Source of the DNA: Lingula anatina | Taxonomy: Eukaryota; Animalia; Brachiopoda | Reading direction: 5' to 3' | DNA: 64,000 nt | Assembly: GCA_051362555.1 (NCBI GenBank) | Contig: CM120640.1 | Span: forward strand, 34,801,967 to 34,865,966 | Translations under genes and position numbers: made by a program | Notes under the pieces: generated by a model | The model's database searches: none | Told to the model about the DNA's origin: nothing | What the model saw: only the letters and a program-made list of their open reading frames with translations | In this document: piece after piece, positions 60,691-64,000 of the stretch | Layout of the letters: each line of letters opens with the position of its first letter | Position numbering within the stretch: position 1 is the stretch's first letter

Positions 60691-61325
60691 CATTCATCTT
60701 CTGTTTGTGCATAACGGTAAGACATCTTTTGCTCTATTAACATTTGTCAGAAAAAACATTTGTCAGTAAGTAAAACCAGTACCAGGTATATATATTATGC
60801 TTGAGTATCAATTTCTAATTTTTTCCATACCGGTATATAAGTAGCTGTTTAAAGTCATATTCTCTATACTTCTAGTTTAACAATTTTGATATAAATTTCT
60901 AAATCAGTCACCCACCCTAAAAGAGTTGACCTTTTATTTACTATAAACTTCTAAAATTTGACCTGTAAAATACTGTTTAAGTTTCACACTACAGTACAGA
61001 GTAGCTTTTGAAATAGTCCTATCAATTGTGAAAATGCACCTTGTATCTTACATATATATGAAAGATACGAGGGTTTGCATTTTCATTATCAATATAGTAA
61101 AACAGTATATAGATCTATGGGATACTGTTTTAAAAATAGCATTAGAAAAGTAAGGTTTTCTAAGGCTGATTCTTTGCATTAATTTTGAGATCAGTTAAGT
61201 TTTAGGCAGCTCATTATACATGTTATAAATGTCAGGAAACTAGAATTTCAAAATAGGAAGTGTGAATGATAAACAAGCTAAAATAATTGATTGCATGGTA
61301 AATTTGTTAATTATTTCTCTAACCA

Positions 61326-62020
61326 GGACAATGAGCAATGGTGTGGCAGCCAAAATGAACATGAAAGGAGGCAACGGCAAGATGGCAACGGCAAACAAAT
61401 CTCTGCAGAGTGATGCATGGTACCGTACAATAAATATCTCTTTCATTTGCATCTTGCACGACATATGTATTTACCGGCAACAGATTTGTAGGGGGGGAGA
61501 AGGGTAGAGTGGAAAGAAGGCTGTTTAAGGAGCAGTAGCATTTTCTGCAAATCTGTAAAGTGAAAATCAGAATAAACTTGTACATTTTAAATTGTATGAT
61601 AGAAAATAAGCTTTTGTCTCTAGTAGGCCTTATGAAAAATTTGGCAGTACATTGGTGCCAATTTAATATCATACCTGTTAATAGTTCTGGCACTACTTAT
61701 TATCGTAGGTTTTCTGAACTGTTTCCTATTTAATCTATAGTAAAAAATCTGGTTAATATCATTTCCCTGTTAATTTCATAATTTTGTCAGGAACCAAGGG
61801 TATGATAATAAGTGGGCTCAACTGTATCATAATGGTTAGTTGTAAAATATCAATCATATTATAATAGTTATGTGAAAAAGGAATTTTGTAACCTTTTGTA
61901 CAATTGCAGAATGTCTCCTGAGAAATTTCAAGACTTCCAAAAAGAAGTTGACAGCCTGATGGCCAAACAACTTCAGTTTGCTCCGTACCGGACTGGAGGT
62001 GGAAAGGAAAATAGAGGCCG
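61326..62020 (+). pseudogene. Spliced DUF4806-like gene remnant (transposon accessory gene)
   Basis: Exon-like 61327-61419 reads TMSNGVAAKMNMKGGNGKMA. Exon-like 61910-62015 reads CLLRNFKTSK/KEVDSLMAKQLQFAPYRTGGG. Each has one frameshift. Resembles the DUF4806 C-terminal pattern. Confidence 0.5.
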
Positions 62021-62054
62021 TAAAACCCCCCAAAAATAAATTAGAACTTTCTTA

Positions 62055-63110
62055 TGCTAACGCACTATCTCCCTTCTCTGGGGATCTTCAGACTAATAAT
62101 TATGATACTCAGAATGCACCGTGTGTCAGATCTATGTTTACTAGCTGTTTCTATAGGTATTAATTAAGGTATACATGGAATTTAATCAAGTGTGTACATG
62201 ATTAGTGTAGACTAGGGCTTTAGAGTGATGCCAATTGGCAGTGTGTGGCACCTGCATTATAGAGGGTGACAAAACAATGTAATCACAACTGATATTGACA
62301 TGTATACATGGGGGTTACAACGTAAAGAAATTATAAGCATAGGTAAATGGCACGATTCAAGTAGTTTGCGGTTAACAATCAGTAGAAATGTATAAGATAT
62401 CAACTAAGACTTTATCATATCCAATTTCAAATGATAGCAAGTATGTACAAAATGGTAGTACATATATAATTATCTGTTCAAAGATGGTTTCAGTTTATCA
62501 AAGTGTTTTTCCATTCTTAACCTTGCCTCTGAATCCTCTGTTTTCATCTTGTATATTGGTAAGATTTTGAATGGTGGTGAAATATCTTTTGCTAACATGT
62601 AGACTTAAATGGTTGATAGTGTTTATATGCTGGCAATGAACTCTACAGCGATTTCTAAGTTCGTCACCACTCATTCCTACATACATTTCTTGACAGGAGT
62701 TACAAAATAGTACATAAATAAAGTTCTTTGTATTACAATTCATGTCTGCTTTAATAACATAATCTAGATTGATACTGTTGAAATGGAAGTTTGATGTTTT
62801 TTAAAACATATTGTTAAAACAATATTGTCACAGCATTTACATTTCTTATCATTGCATTTAGAAGTTTTATAGATTTTACCTTGGGGTATAAATGTTGCTT
62901 TAGTTATAAGCTCTTTTAAGTTAGGGGCCTGATGATTGGATGCAATTATGCAGGTGTCTTTTAAAACGTCCCTCATTTTATCAATGGAATCGAGCATAGC
63001 TATACTTGATGTGATTGACTGAAAAAACTCTGGTAGTTTGGGTTATATGTTTCTATGAAGGGGATGGAATTTTCTGGATTTTTGTCTGGAGTTGTCCTAA
63101 GTGTTTGGAG
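62055..63110 (-). mobile_element. Decayed 3' half of a Penelope-like element (GIY-YIG endonuclease)
   Basis: QAPNLKELITKA, KCNDKKCKCC, MNCNTKNFIYVLFCNSCQEMYVGMS...LRNRCRVH: a PLE GIY-YIG nuclease with its Cys-rich linker, frameshifted. Confidence 0.8.
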
Positions 63111-63132
63111 TTGTCCTAAGTATTTGTTTCAC

Positions 63133-63730
63133 GATTCTCCTGCAAGAAGAGAGGAATATACTCAAAAGTTACAGGGAGCAGTGTTTTTCCATTGAAATTT
63201 TACAGCCACAGGTGGCTTGAGATTGTGCCTGTTTGTGACAGGGTACTTTCAGTGTGGCAAGATATGGAGAAATATGTCAAGGCAGCTTAGAGAGGAAAGG
63301 TGACCAAACCTGAAAATACATCATTTAGTGTTGTGAAGGAAGCTGTTAATGACAAGTTCATCAAGGCCAAAATGCAGTTTTTCAAATGTGTATCAGCCCA
63401 CCTCTTGTATCGTGGTCAAGCTTATGTTGAGAGGGTTTTTTCTATTAACAAAAAAGTATAGGTGGAAAACTTAAAGGAGGAAAACATAGTTGCCCAGAGG
63501 ATAATCTATGACTATGTGAAATCTAAGGGCGGTATGCTGGAAGTGCTAACTACAAATGCTCTGCTCGTCTCTGCAGCTTCTTCAAGACAGAAATATGAAC
63601 AGTATCTAGAAAGAGAGTGAGAAAAGAAGAGAACTAATGCTGAAAAGAGGAATATGAAAGACAGATGTGAAAAAATAAAAGAACTTAAGCACAAAATACA
63701 AAGAATACAATCTGACATTGTTCTCTTATC
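63133..63730 (+). mobile_element. Internally deleted hAT-like transposase remnant
   Basis: DSPARREEY, FPLKFYSHRWLE, then S.GQAYVERVFSINK (hAT C-terminal S..ER.FS-type motif), ENLKEENIVAQRIIYD and a coiled-coil tail. Contains stops. Confidence 0.7.
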
Positions 63731-64000
63731 TGTGACGATGTAGTGTCTTCTTATGCCACTGAACGCTGAATGCTTTTATGTTTGACTTATCCCAGTAAGT
63801 ACTGTTCTTTGTATGTGCATATAGCACTCAGCCATGAAGGCGTAACACTATGACATGGTTGGCTGTCAAAAGGTATAGATTTTGTGTTTAAACTAAGTAC
63901 TTTAAAAACATAAAAATGTTCAGGAAAAATTTAATTTCTAAATGCCATGCTTGCTGTCCGATTTCAAGCAGGCATACTTTATTTGTTAGTAGTTTGCTAA

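Overview
AT-rich animal genomic DNA, probably a mollusc or other lophotrochozoan (inferred from the repeat families). The first ~42 kb is a compact block of five intron-containing housekeeping genes, assembled by hand from GT-AG sites: the 3' part of PUM3/Puf-A (+), ATG4D-like (-), RAD17 (+), ALG14 (-) and TLCD4/TMEM56 (+). ATG4D/RAD17 and ALG14/TLCD4 are head-to-head pairs. Four PUM3 introns each carry a 148-nt box C/D snoRNA with the hallmarks of U15/SNORD15, with two guides against the 28S rRNA helix 70-71 segment. Between RAD17 and ALG14 is an unexplained, apparently spliced unit with a duplicated Cys/His-rich mini-exon. After ~43 kb the window is a transposon graveyard: RTE, Penelope-like, MULE, Academ with a nested Tc1 and MITE, Helentron-type HINE, Harbinger and Tc1/pogo MITEs, and DUF4806 and hAT remnants. 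All family assignments come from motif recognition by eye; no database search was run.
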